Shown piece by piece: positions 7,399 through 17,794 of a stretch of DNA of 58,903 nucleotides; the stretch's first letter is position 1, and each line of letters opens with the position of its first letter. The stretch is taken from positions 1 through 58,903 of the IMG/VR virus record IMGVR_UViG_3300014913_000511; one strand, given 5' to 3'. The notes under the pieces are model-generated. The model ran no database searches. It was not told the origin of the DNA and was given only the letters and a program-made list of their open reading frames with translations. The stretch is from a virus. Taxonomy: Duplodnaviria > Caudoviricetes. Both the position numbers and the translations under genes were made by a program.

Positions 7399-7830
7399 TG
7401 ACAAAAAATGACAAGGTGTTGACATGAACTGACAAGAGTTGACAAGAGTTGACAAAAACGTCCAATTATTAAAACCGAACATAACAAATTGGTTCGCCAA
7501 CACAACACACATGCTAGAAATTAACACGAAACACAACAAGAACATAAGAAATTGGCACGAAACACAACAAGAACATAAGAAATTGGTCACCCAACATAAG
7601 AAATATGCTAGAAATTGGCATTAAACACAAGAAACATGCTAGAATTCTGTAGATAACATAACACAACAACACAACACAACACTCAACATAAGAAATTTGC
7701 ACAACAACACAACACCAACATAAGAAATCTGCACAGAACATAACAAACTGCCAAAAGTTGTTAAGGAAGTTAAAACTCTAGTTTTGTCAATTTGTTATGT
7801 TTGGTGACCGATTTGTTATGTTTGCGCAGG
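7399..7830. repeat. A/C-rich iteron-like cluster (AACATAAGAAAT family and TGACAA repeats)
   Basis: About 7 direct and 2 inverted AACATAA(G/C)AAA(T/C) copies; exact 31-bp tandem duplication at 7525-7586. Confidence 0.85.
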
Positions 7831-8049
7831 ACATACAACCTACTACCTTTGGCCCATAAAAGGGATAAAAAAGTCAAATTTGCACAAGCCGGAAATGAAA
7901 AAAAACAGCCCGCGACCAAGAAATAATAAAAAGCAAAAAGTTATCAAAAGTTGACACTTTTTCGTGTAAATATGTAAGATCATTAAAGAAACTACAAAAA
8001 GAACTATTTTAAGTTGTAAAAATCAATGGTGCGTAAAGTTTTACACAGT

Positions 8050-8650
8050 GCAGGAAATAGATTTCATTTCCTGCAACCCCTCAATCGTCCAACCTCTTGA
8101 TATTATTAACATATAAAATTAAGCTTTTTAATTCCGGAAACATGCAGGAAATGCAATTTACTATTTCCTGCATGACAAGATCCTTGTAATTGCTTGTTAT
8201 TATTGAACATTTTTTCCAAAAAAAGCCATTTGCAGGAAATGCAGGAAATGTTTCAGGAAATACCCCCCCCTGCTTTATAAGAAAATAAAAAAAGAGAAGA
8301 CATGAATTATTAAAAAAGAGTAAAAGTTATTTTATTCCTAGTAAGTTAGTAGTGAATAAAAAATGAAATTTAGAATAACGAGGGGCATACTTCTATTTAT
8401 TTCCTGCATTTCCTGCATTCCTTCTTCTTCTTCTTATTATTATTATTACTTTATAAAATAATAATAATAATAATAGGGAGTTACGCTTCATTTCCTTTTT
8501 GCTTGCAAACTTTTTTTTTGCAGGAAATGCAATTTTATCATTTCCTGCATTTCCTGCATTCGGGGTGTTTTTAGCCCTATATTTCATAATAATCTCAATA
8601 ATATCAAAGGCTTACAAAAAACTAAAAATCGGCGATTCATTTCCTGCATC
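8050..8650. other. Putative replication origin: GCAGGAAAT iterons around an AT-rich core, with IHF-like sites
   Basis: About 12 perfect GCAGGAAAT copies in both orientations; AT-rich 8270-8480; WATCAANNNNTTR matches near 8090-8103 and 8602-8614; downstream of the primase-helicase gene. Confidence 0.75.
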
Positions 8651-9064
8651 TCCTTCTCAGCATTATTAACTTGACACTTTTACTTAACGCCCTTTCGGGA
8701 CGTTAATCTTCCCTTGCTAGTCCCCTATAGGGTATTATGGGGCATGCTTACAAGATGAATTTACAAGAATCGACGAGAAGCCCTCATTTCGGCACTTTTT
8801 CGGGCGCGCGCGATATAATCCTCAGAAAAATAGAGATAGTCCCGTTACGAGGCATTTTTGGGCGTTCTGGGGCGTTCTGGGGCGAAGGGGGCGAAGGCAA
8901 AATGAAAGGCAAGGGAAAAGGGAAGAGAAGGGAAGAGAAGGGAAGGAAGTCGGCATAACAGGTAATTATTTTTCCCCGACCCCGAAAAGCGCGGAAAATT
9001 GCCGATCCTGGGACTACCCCCTTGGGACTACCCCTTTGGGACTACCCCCTATAGATCCCCATAG

Positions 9065-9099
9065 CAAAAGGGCTTGAGATTTACTCTCAAGCCCTTTTG
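9065..9099. terminator. Bidirectional intrinsic terminator after primase
   Basis: CAAAAGGGCTTGAGA-TTTAC-TCTCAAGCCCTTTTG. Confidence 0.8.
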
Positions 9100-9144
9100 A
9101 AAAGTCACAATGAATTCTGCGGTGTGCCACCGCAGAATTATTCA

Positions 9145-12100
9145 TCAGGAATTCATGAATCTATCGATCTCATCCATGTCAATATTTCTTGCCACGTCTG
9201 TTGTCTCGACTTCTTCCCTCTTGTCGAAAACATGTATTGCTTTTTTCTCTCGACATGTATTTTTCGTATATGTGTAACCAGCTCGTTTCAACGCTTTTCC
9301 TGCATCTTTTAACCGTATCGTCAGGTGCTTTGGGCTACTGTACGGTGAAGCTCTGGATCCGCTTTCTCTAGCGATTTGATTAAAAGCTAGAAGTAAATCA
9401 GAGCTACTCCCTTGCAAAATATTACCTTTTATCTCTAAGCTATATTTCGTTTTGTAGTCGGCGACATAGTGTTCTGTGCCTAAGACTTTCTCTTCGTCAA
9501 GCTTTACTGCAATGTTCCATCGGTTGAACAGAATATCTAGGGTCGACACGAACGGATCAAGTTCGAGTTGATTGCACTCCCCGATTCCCTCTAGTTCTCG
9601 GATGGAATTTATCACGTCCTGGGTGGCTCTTCCCTTGTGCGGTGCGACCCCTGCGTTATTATTTTTCAGGGTGTGAAGATTGAGCGCCAAAAGTGACAGA
9701 TACATGTGCGCCCTGGTGTAATTCGAGTTCTTCAGACTGCCAGTTCTAATTGTAGAAAAAACCCGGTCATGTTCGGCTTTGCCGTTTTCGTTCTTTTTGA
9801 GGTAGGCCAAAGTTTTAGAAATAGCCCGAAAAATCCCCGACAGCATATAATCACGTTTGTCAGCGATTGCCGCAAAAACGTCCGCCTCGAATAGCCCCTC
9901 TTTTTGCTGGTAGGCGCTATCCATCTCGATAGTGAACGATCTCGATTGAATTTCCGTCAGGTCGCCGCGTAAAGGCTCGATCCCGCCGGTGATTAACAGG
10001 CACTTAGGGCTTTGCTTCGTGCGTCCGCTTTCGGCTTGCGCGTCACATTTCACCCTGGACTTGCCCGTGGTCGTCGTCAAAAGAAAGTCGATAAGCTCTT
10101 GTGTGGCGTGCGCAGTCTCGATATTATCTAGTGAGATTAACGGATTATCCGTCATGTCCATAAAGTTTGCCGCGTGGGTTGACACTCTAGTTTCCGGCTG
10201 CCCGTAGATTAGAGTCGTGAGTAAATCGGAGGCAGTAGATTTTCCCGACGCCGCCGATCCCTCAAAACGTAACATGGGACGTGTGATGCTAAAGTCTACT
10301 AGGGGGAAGGTTGCCAGCCAGCCTAGGATTAACTCGCGGTAATTCTCGTCGCATGGAATTTTACCACCGATTAGATTTTTCATGAAGATGAAGGCATCTT
10401 CCGGGGTGGCCTCCGGGTCGAAGGTGATACTGTTCATTCGAGGAGAGGGGGCCAGGAAGATGTTGTCTTTGTTTGCGCCGTTCAGCATTATTTCTACGTT
10501 TGACGATGTAATTTTGGCTATCTCATTATGGGAGTTATTGAGGTTGATCCAGACGATCCGCTTCGTAACGTCAGTATGAATCCAATGCAATTCCTCTCGA
10601 AGTTCCGAGTTATTCGTCGCCAAATTACGAAACATCTCATAGAAAAGTCGCCCACCGGTTGACGCTGGATTGACGCCAGTTTGTTGATTAATGAAGGCTT
10701 TATAAGTTGTGTTGCGCAAGGCATTCTTGGAAAGCATGTCATAAGACTCACCATTGAAAATCATGTTTAGCGTTACGTCTTTAATTCGGCAAAATACCGC
10801 GCCGTGCTTTTGGAACCACCGGAAAGCCTCAGTGGCCGCCGCATCGTAATCGGGCGCACCTTTTTCCTCTGCTGTCATAAGTAGAGTGTCTGACACGATT
10901 TTCTCGCAAGTGCCGGTTTTAGCTTCTGTTGACAGGCGCTTTTTCAAGCTCTGTTTCTTTGAGTTCTCTTTGCCGTTTGCTTTGTTGTTCCGGCGGTATT
11001 CTTTAACCTGCTTTTTCAATACCTCTAAGGAAAGGTAATCCGAACCGATATGATCAACGATTAATTGGAGGGCGGGTAAATCTTGAATAGGGGATAGCCG
11101 GGCAATTTTCATAAGTAGGGGCGTTATTGCCTCCGCCACTGCCGCATGATCAGATTGGTCTACCTTCAGGGCTAAAACTTCAAAATCAATAGGATTGAAC
11201 GCGTTGTCCAGAATATCGTTAAATTCCTCGACTGTGTGTCCCTGCTTGAAATATTCATTAACGTCGATCTTTGACTCGTCTTTAGCGCGTGGAAGTACGG
11301 CAATTTTGACGGTGATTTTCGCTGCTTGCAAGGTTTCGGCGATAGCCAGGGCACCCTTCAGGCCGACTCCTGATTCTTCGGCGTCTTGACATATGTAAAC
11401 TGTGCTGATAGATTTTAAGAGGGGAATTGCCGCTTCAAAATTCTTCGCCGAGAAGTTCGCCGTGACTGCCGAAACGACTGGCACGCCTCGTTCCCATAGT
11501 GCTATGCCGTCGGTGATTCCTTCGGCAATAATCACGTAGTCGGGCTTCGAGTAGAGTACGGATTCGTTCCACAATTTACGATTATCGATACATCGTGCTA
11601 CGTATTGTCGGTCGGTCGGATGGTGGACAAGTAACTTGCGATATTTTCCCTCATATTTAGTGTCAGGAGTTTCGGGTGTTTGCCTCCCAATCATATATGT
11701 TACTGCGCCTTTATCCCAGTAGGGAAAAGTAATTCGGTTATTGAATACGGCAAAAGGGGCGGAGCCTGTCTTGCTTTGGTGGAAAGCGCCACAAGCTAGA
11801 AAGTCGTCAGTCGTATAACTAGGTAACGCTTCAATTAGTTCGTTTTGAATGCCCGGATGTTGAATCCCATTAATATCTTGATAGGCACCGTTGAACGAAT
11901 ATCCGATTTTCTGTTCGGCGATTGTCTCATGATTTATCGCATAATTAGCGTCAATCCAGGCTAGGATGTCGGGATTATTCAAGAGACGTTTGTGATAAAT
12001 CTTAGCTAGTGTGGTTAAAACGTCTATCGCCCTCGCTTCCGACGCATGGTAGTTCTCCCCTTTTTTCATAAGCGAATCGGATTTTCCAAGACTCGATAGG

Positions 12101-12495
12101 GAGGGCAATCCGGCTTTACTAGCTAGGTAATCGCGGGCCTCTCGATGTGAAGCGGGCATTTCGCCCTGCTTGCCCTTGGTAACAATTCCCGATTGCACGA
12201 ATTCTACGAGGTGCAAGACGTTCCCACCCGTCGCGCATCCAAAACAATACCACGCTTGCGCGTTCACATCTATTACAAGGGATTTTTTCGATATTGATTG
12301 ATGGTTTGGACAGTCGCATAGTAGCTTAGAATTACCCGACTCGCTAGTTATCCTCCCTGCCAATAGATCGCGGGCTATTTCTCCAATATCTTGTGCCGTG
12401 ATTTTATCGTAATATTCGTGGACCGGTATCGTTTCGATTTTTCCTTTTTTATCCTGGGTGGTTATGTGCGCATGTTGCGTAAAATTCATGGGCAT
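9145..12495 (-). CDS. DNA primase-helicase (CHC2 zinc finger, DnaG-like TOPRIM, P-loop NTPase)
   Basis: CPNH..WYCFGC zinc finger; FNNRITFP; IAEGITD and DAEE TOPRIM; KIDVNEY; Walker A GSAASGKST; LDN Walker B. Confidence 0.92.
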   Translation of the reverse strand: MPMNFTQHAHITTQDKKGKIETIPVHEYYDKITAQDIGEIARDLLAGRITSESGNSKLLCDCPNHQSISKKSLVIDVNAQAWYCFGCATGGNVLHLVEFVQSGIVTKGKQGEMPASHREARDYLASKAGLPSLSSLGKSDSLMKKGENYHASEARAIDVLTTLAKIYHKRLLNNPDILAWIDANYAINHETIAEQKIGYSFNGAYQDINGIQHPGIQNELIEALPSYTTDDFLACGAFHQSKTGSAPFAVFNNRITFPYWDKGAVTYMIGRQTPETPDTKYEGKYRKLLVHHPTDRQYVARCIDNRKLWNESVLYSKPDYVIIAEGITDGIALWERGVPVVSAVTANFSAKNFEAAIPLLKSISTVYICQDAEESGVGLKGALAIAETLQAAKITVKIAVLPRAKDESKIDVNEYFKQGHTVEEFNDILDNAFNPIDFEVLALKVDQSDHAAVAEAITPLLMKIARLSPIQDLPALQLIVDHIGSDYLSLEVLKKQVKEYRRNNKANGKENSKKQSLKKRLSTEAKTGTCEKIVSDTLLMTAEEKGAPDYDAAATEAFRWFQKHGAVFCRIKDVTLNMIFNGESYDMLSKNALRNTTYKAFINQQTGVNPASTGGRLFYEMFRNLATNNSELREELHWIHTDVTKRIVWINLNNSHNEIAKITSSNVEIMLNGANKDNIFLAPSPRMNSITFDPEATPEDAFIFMKNLIGGKIPCDENYRELILGWLATFPLVDFSITRPMLRFEGSAASGKSTASDLLTTLIYGQPETRVSTHAANFMDMTDNPLISLDNIETAHATQELIDFLLTTTTGKSRVKCDAQAESGRTKQSPKCLLITGGIEPLRGDLTEIQSRSFTIEMDSAYQQKEGLFEADVFAAIADKRDYMLSGIFRAISKTLAYLKKNENGKAEHDRVFSTIRTGSLKNSNYTRAHMYLSLLALNLHTLKNNNAGVAPHKGRATQDVINSIRELEGIGECNQLELDPFVSTLDILFNRWNIAVKLDEEKVLGTEHYVADYKTKYSLEIKGNILQGSSSDLLLAFNQIARESGSRASPYSSPKHLTIRLKDAGKALKRAGYTYTKNTCREKKAIHVFDKREEVETTDVARNIDMDEIDRFMNS

Positions 12496-12587
12496 AGCGT
12501 CTCCGGTTAGGGTGGCTTGCAAGTGGAATTCTTGACAGTATCACGGTTTGGGCAGGAAGTCAATGTATGTCGGGGAGGGGGGGGCGC

Positions 12588-13814
12588 TTATAGGATGTCA
12601 AGGAAGGATTCGTAATGGAACTGCGAGGAGCTATAATAATCTTTGGCATCGCTGATGTGCAGCACTTCTTTTCCATTCGTAAGTCCTCTTATGTATAGAT
12701 TGCCCTGATTGTCGTTTTCTCTTCCTGAAGGAATGTCGAGACTTTCTATCGCTTGAATGGCCTCTTTCATGTGATTCAAATAAACCGTAATCACGCGACC
12801 CCCATTGCAGACGAAACGTTCGATTGGCAAAAGTTCTTTTGCTATGTTGGGAATTCCTAGACACTCCATGTGCAGCACGACACCCTTGATTTTCATGATC
12901 ATTGTTGGATTCTCTAGGGGTGTCCAGATAACAGCACTCAGCCTATCTAGGGCGTTGCTCAACTGACCCATGTCGTTGCAACGTATTTTGATAGTTTTTA
13001 CGTCCGGGTTGAACTTGATCTTTTCAATTCCATCATTTTCTCTATTGTGAATTGACGTCATGCGAAACGTGCTACTATAACCGTTCCGATTGAAATGCAC
13101 GATTACTTCGCCTGGCTGGAAGGTAATTTTTGTTTCATGGTGTGCTTGACTAAAAAGAACTTGTAAGGCACCAAGAAAACCTCTCGTTACGACAATTGGA
13201 GTTTGCAGCTGCATTTTCATCTGTGGGAGTAAATACATTGACGCGACAGACGTGCGTCCATTTTCTACGGACACAAGTTGTAACGTTCTTTTTCTGTTTG
13301 GCCTGTAGAAATAGAAAGTAGCATCAGAATGTGAGCAATTCAAAATGTAATTAACACTCCGGTTGAGTGCCCAAGAGTCAATCGTGAAATTAGCTTCGGG
13401 CTTAGGGGCTACTTTTATGCTTTCAAACTCTAACGATTTGAGATTGAAAAGCTCTAGTTCTGAATCTTGGTTTAGGGCTTTAATATGCAAAACCGTTCCA
13501 CAAAGAGAAGATTTCAAGCTAATCTTATTTCGATTGCTCGAACCTATCCTTTTGTCCCACCCGGCATTTAACCAGTCTATTAAAACATCACTTCGAGTTG
13601 ACACTTTTTCATGTTCGGCTACCTCGCATTGCACATAACAATTAAAACCATTGCCCGTCTCTGGGTCGTAGGTTTTCAGTAGAACTGTCCCTTCGCCCAC
13701 TAAAGTTTCCATTGTCACAATAGGCTTTAAGTCGTCGCGCTTCGTCCGTTTGTATATAAAGGCACACTCCTCTAGGGCCTGAACGAAAGTCTTTGCTTCT
13801 ATCTTAAATTCCAT
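12588..13814 (-). CDS. Divergent DNA polymerase III beta sliding-clamp-like protein
   Basis: MEFKIEAKTFVQAL start, LQLVSVENGR resembling the clamp motif LVATDGHR, size about 400 aa. Confidence 0.6.
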   Translation of the reverse strand: MEFKIEAKTFVQALEECAFIYKRTKRDDLKPIVTMETLVGEGTVLLKTYDPETGNGFNCYVQCEVAEHEKVSTRSDVLIDWLNAGWDKRIGSSNRNKISLKSSLCGTVLHIKALNQDSELELFNLKSLEFESIKVAPKPEANFTIDSWALNRSVNYILNCSHSDATFYFYRPNRKRTLQLVSVENGRTSVASMYLLPQMKMQLQTPIVVTRGFLGALQVLFSQAHHETKITFQPGEVIVHFNRNGYSSTFRMTSIHNRENDGIEKIKFNPDVKTIKIRCNDMGQLSNALDRLSAVIWTPLENPTMIMKIKGVVLHMECLGIPNIAKELLPIERFVCNGGRVITVYLNHMKEAIQAIESLDIPSGRENDNQGNLYIRGLTNGKEVLHISDAKDYYSSSQFHYESFLDIL

Positions 13815-13874
13815 GGTTTTACGCTCCCTTTACTGCATCTGTGATGATAATGTTGCATGGTGATTCAATGTGGT

Positions 13875-16130
13875 TCAAAATGCAAACTCCATTCTGTTGG
13901 AAGTTATAGGCAATTCTGGAAATCGATTCTGCTCTTCCCTTAACCATTCATTAATAAAAGTCTTACGTTTATCAACTTGAACTTTCGAGGCACAGTTTTT
14001 TATGCCCCACTTGTCTCCTACGATAATCACCCTTTCGCTCGCTCGCGTCACTCCCGTATAGAATAAATTCCGATGATGCATATATGCATGGGCTTTATGC
14101 ACGATTACAATAGCGCATGGGAATTCAGAGCCTTGTACTTTATGAAACGTTAGGGCGTAGGCGAGCTCGATATGACGTAGTTGCTCGCCCCCTTTTTTAA
14201 GCTCAAATGCTGTGTCGTCGAACTTGATGATTATGTCGCCATTATCCTTCGTTTCTTCAATAAATCCGATAGTGCCGTTCATTACGTTCATGCCGTAATC
14301 ATTTTTCGTCTGAATTACCTTATCTCCTGGGTAGAAAACAGGACTTCGATTTTCTTCTGTAGGCATAACGTCTCTGTCGAATTTTTTCTTTTGAATGATA
14401 ACTTGCAGTAGCTTGTTCATGGCCTTCGTCCCGAGCAAGCCCTTATGCATCGGCGTCAAAAGTTGCACATCTGTAATGACATTATGCCCTAGTTTTTCCT
14501 CGAGGGAAAAGTTGTATATTCTTTCAATGAATTTTTGCGTGTAGATTTGATCGTCTAGCTTACTATCATCCTTTAAGTACCACGAGGAAAGGTTATTCTC
14601 TTCCGTCTCGGACGTTTTACCTACTTGTCCTTTAAGTAATAGTGCCGAATTTTCCCTTAATTGTCCCGCTTGCCGCATACATTCGCTTAAGACGCAGATC
14701 GGAACCGTGCAATATTTCACTAAGTCGCGGAGGATATTTCCCGCGCCGATAGGTGGTAATTGGTTATGGTCCCCGATGAAAACTACAGATGTGCAAGAAA
14801 AGTTTATCGCCTTAAGCAATGAGTATCCCAAGCTAGAATATAGCATTGAAACCTCGTCGATAATAACTAGGGAAGCCTCGATAGGGTTTTTTGGGCCTCT
14901 TAAAAAGCCCCCCTTCCTTTTATCAACCCCCAATAAACTGTGAATTGTGCTTGCTATCCCCTTCTTCCCGATAGCTTCTTCAATTCGTCTGGCCGCCTTT
15001 CCTGTTGGTGCGGCGTAAACGGGCATAATACCTAATATCTCACAAATATCATCAATTTTTTTTATCATGTAGGTTTTTCCCGTGCCCGCGCCCCCGCTAA
15101 TCAAGGAGAATTTATACGTAAAAGCGTTATTGATTGCTAGTAATTGCCCGTTAGTTAAAGTGCTGGTTTCACTATCAATTTTTTCTTTGTTAGCTTCCCA
15201 TAAGTCAGCATTCTCAGACCTTTTATACTTGTGATTCATTATGGTATTAAATATGAAAGATTCTTGCCTATGAATGCTTGCTTCTGCATAACAAGTCTGA
15301 CCGTTCAAAAACTCAGCAATTAATATTTCTCGTTCCTCCATACTTTTAATCGTCTCTTGTATTTTGTCTTGCGCGTCTAGTGAGTCCAGGAATAGAGCGT
15401 CACTTGCCGCCTCTGAAAGCTCGTCTTTCGGCATCCAGCAATCACCATTTTTTTGTATTTCGCTTAGGCAATAAGTGACCCCAGCCTCTAGTCTTTTCGG
15501 GTGTTCTTTCTCGAAACCGCTTTTTAGTGCGATAGTATCAACTTTCTTAAAGCCTAATCTCTCCACTTGCCCAATGAGTACATAAGGATTTCGCTCTAAA
15601 ATCTGGGCGATACTACATCCGAAATGCTCGACAAGTTTTTTTATTTGTAAATCTGTCAGACCGTAAGACGCCAAGAGCGTTGATACCGAATTATACGCTT
15701 TTGACGATTCCCAAACGGACTTTAAATTCTCCGCCGTTTCACGTGAAACATTGCCAATTTTCATGACTAATTCAGGGTCTGCAATTTTCTCCTCGAAGTC
15801 GTCACCTAACGCGTCGACGATTTTCCTAGCCTTCGCCGGGCCGATCCCCACGAAATCTTTTCGATTAGCTAGGAATTTTACCAAACCTTCGGTATTAATG
15901 GGTAAATCGATCTCGAAGCGCTCGATTTTTACTTGCTCCCCGTACCGTGGATGATTTTGCCATTTCCCATGAATTTTTAGTTGTTGCCCTATTTCCGCAA
16001 GGAAATTCCCACTAAACTTGCAGCTTTCGCCCGTTTCCACGTCTGTCATTAGGCCGACTGAAAAAAATGACGATTCATTACGGAAAAAAACCTTTTTAAT
16101 GATGCAAGTTTTATCAAAACGGTCGTTCAT
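13875..16130 (-). CDS. recD2: RecD2-like SF1 helicase
   Basis: HPRYGEQ, GIGPAKA, NPY..GFKKVD, GGAGTGKT, DEVSM, GDHNQLPPIGAG, YALTFHKVQGSEF, YTGVTRA. Confidence 0.95.
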   Translation of the reverse strand: MNDRFDKTCIIKKVFFRNESSFFSVGLMTDVETGESCKFSGNFLAEIGQQLKIHGKWQNHPRYGEQVKIERFEIDLPINTEGLVKFLANRKDFVGIGPAKARKIVDALGDDFEEKIADPELVMKIGNVSRETAENLKSVWESSKAYNSVSTLLASYGLTDLQIKKLVEHFGCSIAQILERNPYVLIGQVERLGFKKVDTIALKSGFEKEHPKRLEAGVTYCLSEIQKNGDCWMPKDELSEAASDALFLDSLDAQDKIQETIKSMEEREILIAEFLNGQTCYAEASIHRQESFIFNTIMNHKYKRSENADLWEANKEKIDSETSTLTNGQLLAINNAFTYKFSLISGGAGTGKTYMIKKIDDICEILGIMPVYAAPTGKAARRIEEAIGKKGIASTIHSLLGVDKRKGGFLRGPKNPIEASLVIIDEVSMLYSSLGYSLLKAINFSCTSVVFIGDHNQLPPIGAGNILRDLVKYCTVPICVLSECMRQAGQLRENSALLLKGQVGKTSETEENNLSSWYLKDDSKLDDQIYTQKFIERIYNFSLEEKLGHNVITDVQLLTPMHKGLLGTKAMNKLLQVIIQKKKFDRDVMPTEENRSPVFYPGDKVIQTKNDYGMNVMNGTIGFIEETKDNGDIIIKFDDTAFELKKGGEQLRHIELAYALTFHKVQGSEFPCAIVIVHKAHAYMHHRNLFYTGVTRASERVIIVGDKWGIKNCASKVQVDKRKTFINEWLREEQNRFPELPITSNRMEFAF

Positions 16131-16381
16131 TTCGTGCCTCTTGCTTTTGCTTTTATTCTTGTTTTTGCCAGTTTTATAGCTACTTCAAGAGATGTGGTCA
16201 AGGGAATATTGACTTTTTCGCCTTGACGTTTAAGTAGATTATTGGCTTCAAATTGCGTCATTTTAGACGAATCGTGCACGGTACGTTCGAGGCAATTTTC
16301 ACACAAGCGCTTGATTGTCCTGGTTGCAAAATAACCTTCTAGCATTGCTGTACCACATTTTTTGCATTTATTTTCTTGCAT
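16127..16381 (-). CDS. Small zinc-finger protein
   Basis: CKKC and CENC; AAGGA SD; ATGA overlap with recD2. Confidence 0.65.
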   Translation of the reverse strand: MQENKCKKCGTAMLEGYFATRTIKRLCENCLERTVHDSSKMTQFEANNLLKRQGEKVNIPLTTSLEVAIKLAKTRIKAKARGTK

Positions 16382-16569
16382 TTCCTTCTTTCTTTTTGTT
16401 TGGTAGTATGCGCCCCCTGGGAATGAGGAGCGCATACATTGGTGATTTAATTAGTAACTAACCGTGGCCCTTTATCGCGTGTTCACCAACCCAATCACAA
16501 TCCCGACAACTTACTGCGCTATAGCGCCGCTTAGTGTGATCGAAAAATGACATACTCTTTCACCCCTTG

Positions 16570-16866
16570 TTAATTACACTTATCTTTTCTCTTGTTAACC
16601 TCCGTCTTGAACCTCTTGAAAATTTTCATCTTAAATTTCAGTTTCGCGGGAATTTCTAGCGTCTCGCCCGTGCTTGGATTGCGCCCCGTTCGGGCTTCTT
16701 GTCGTGAAGCGTGCAAGCGTCCGATCCTCAATACGGTCATTTCGCCACATTCAAAAAGCTGATCCTCAACAAGTGCTTGATACTCGTCCAGGATGCTTGA
16801 AATCTGTTTACGTGTTACGCCCTCGACTTTAGTGAGTAGATGCTGAACAACTTCTTCTTTTTTCAT
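16570..16866 (-). CDS. HU/IHF family DNA-binding protein
   Basis: ARTGRNPSTGETLEIPAK signature. Confidence 0.93.
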   Translation of the reverse strand: MKKEEVVQHLLTKVEGVTRKQISSILDEYQALVEDQLFECGEMTVLRIGRLHASRQEARTGRNPSTGETLEIPAKLKFKMKIFKRFKTEVNKRKDKCN

Positions 16867-16889
16867 GTTAGTCTCCTTCTCTTTTATAC

Positions 16890-17300
16890 TCAGCGTTTTC
16901 TTGAGTTAGGAACAGAAGCAGGAAAATTTTCCATAAGAAATTCTTCGAGTAATTGCCCTTCCTGTTGGCTCAAGTTTTTTGCCATAAGAAATGCAACCAA
17001 CTTTTTTGCTTCTACAAGCTCGTCATGAATGCCCTTTAGCTGTTGTTGAATTGTGTGTGTCGACAATTCCCCGTTTTCTTTTCTGAAAAAGCGGAGAAAC
17101 CTAACATACCAACGAGTTTTTCGAGTTTTTTTGGAAGGCTTTTTCAACCCCCATATTCTTTCATAATCATCAATCCAGTCTACGTTATCATCTGAATTCA
17201 CGGTATCAATCTCCTTTTTCACTTTGTCTAATTTTCCTTCGATAGCAATAACACTATTCAATGCATTATCAACAGCAACATTCATTTCGTTTTGATCCAT
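16890..17300 (-). CDS. Hypothetical protein
   Basis: ORF with GGGAG SD inside the operon. Confidence 0.7.
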   Translation of the reverse strand: MDQNEMNVAVDNALNSVIAIEGKLDKVKKEIDTVNSDDNVDWIDDYERIWGLKKPSKKTRKTRWYVRFLRFFRKENGELSTHTIQQQLKGIHDELVEAKKLVAFLMAKNLSQQEGQLLEEFLMENFPASVPNSRKR

Positions 17301-17321
17301 ATGGCAACACTCCCCTACTCA

Positions 17322-17792
17322 TTAGTGTTTCGGTGTTGTTTTCTCTAACTCCAACGGCAATACCCCTTGATATTTCCACAGGACAGATACCAACCAAGAC
17401 TCAGTGAAAAGCCGAGCCATTGGCCTGCTGCCGCAAAAGAATACAGGCACATTCCATTTCGTGATTATGGAAATAGTCAACCCGAGCAGTGCATTAGGCG
17501 AAGCCCTCCCGATGATTCTCTTGTCCCACATGTCTTTAATATCCCCCTCAACCACGATACATGCCGCTTTGTACGCAGAGAGCTTCTTCAACTCTTTCGT
17601 AAACCGATCCTTCGAGTGTATGATTGTATTTACGTAGTCGCTATTCGACTTGCGCTCGACTGCGATAGAGTTTTCAAGTCCCTCTATCGAATAATCGCCG
17701 GCGTCAAGACGTTGCACTTTAGTTTGCCACCCAAAAGAATATGGCTTTTGCTCTCTCGTGTCAATAATGATACGTGGTTTGAGGGGGGGCAT
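17322..17792 (-). CDS. ERCC4/XPF-type nuclease (resolvase)
   Basis: IIDTREQKP, GDYS, VERKS..D motifs. Confidence 0.92.
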   Translation of the reverse strand: MPPLKPRIIIDTREQKPYSFGWQTKVQRLDAGDYSIEGLENSIAVERKSNSDYVNTIIHSKDRFTKELKKLSAYKAACIVVEGDIKDMWDKRIIGRASPNALLGLTISIITKWNVPVFFCGSRPMARLFTESWLVSVLWKYQGVLPLELEKTTPKH

Positions 17793-17794
17793 GA

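Noticed and set aside
7470-7830. CRISPR mini-array
   Set aside because: Repeats are about 12 bp, irregularly spaced, with low-complexity, mutually similar spacers; no cas operon. The PD-(D/E)XK nuclease sits in a recombination module.
7387-8958. Short ORFs in the origin region
   Set aside because: Low-complexity translations of the repeats (for example NAGNAGN from the iterons); likely non-coding.
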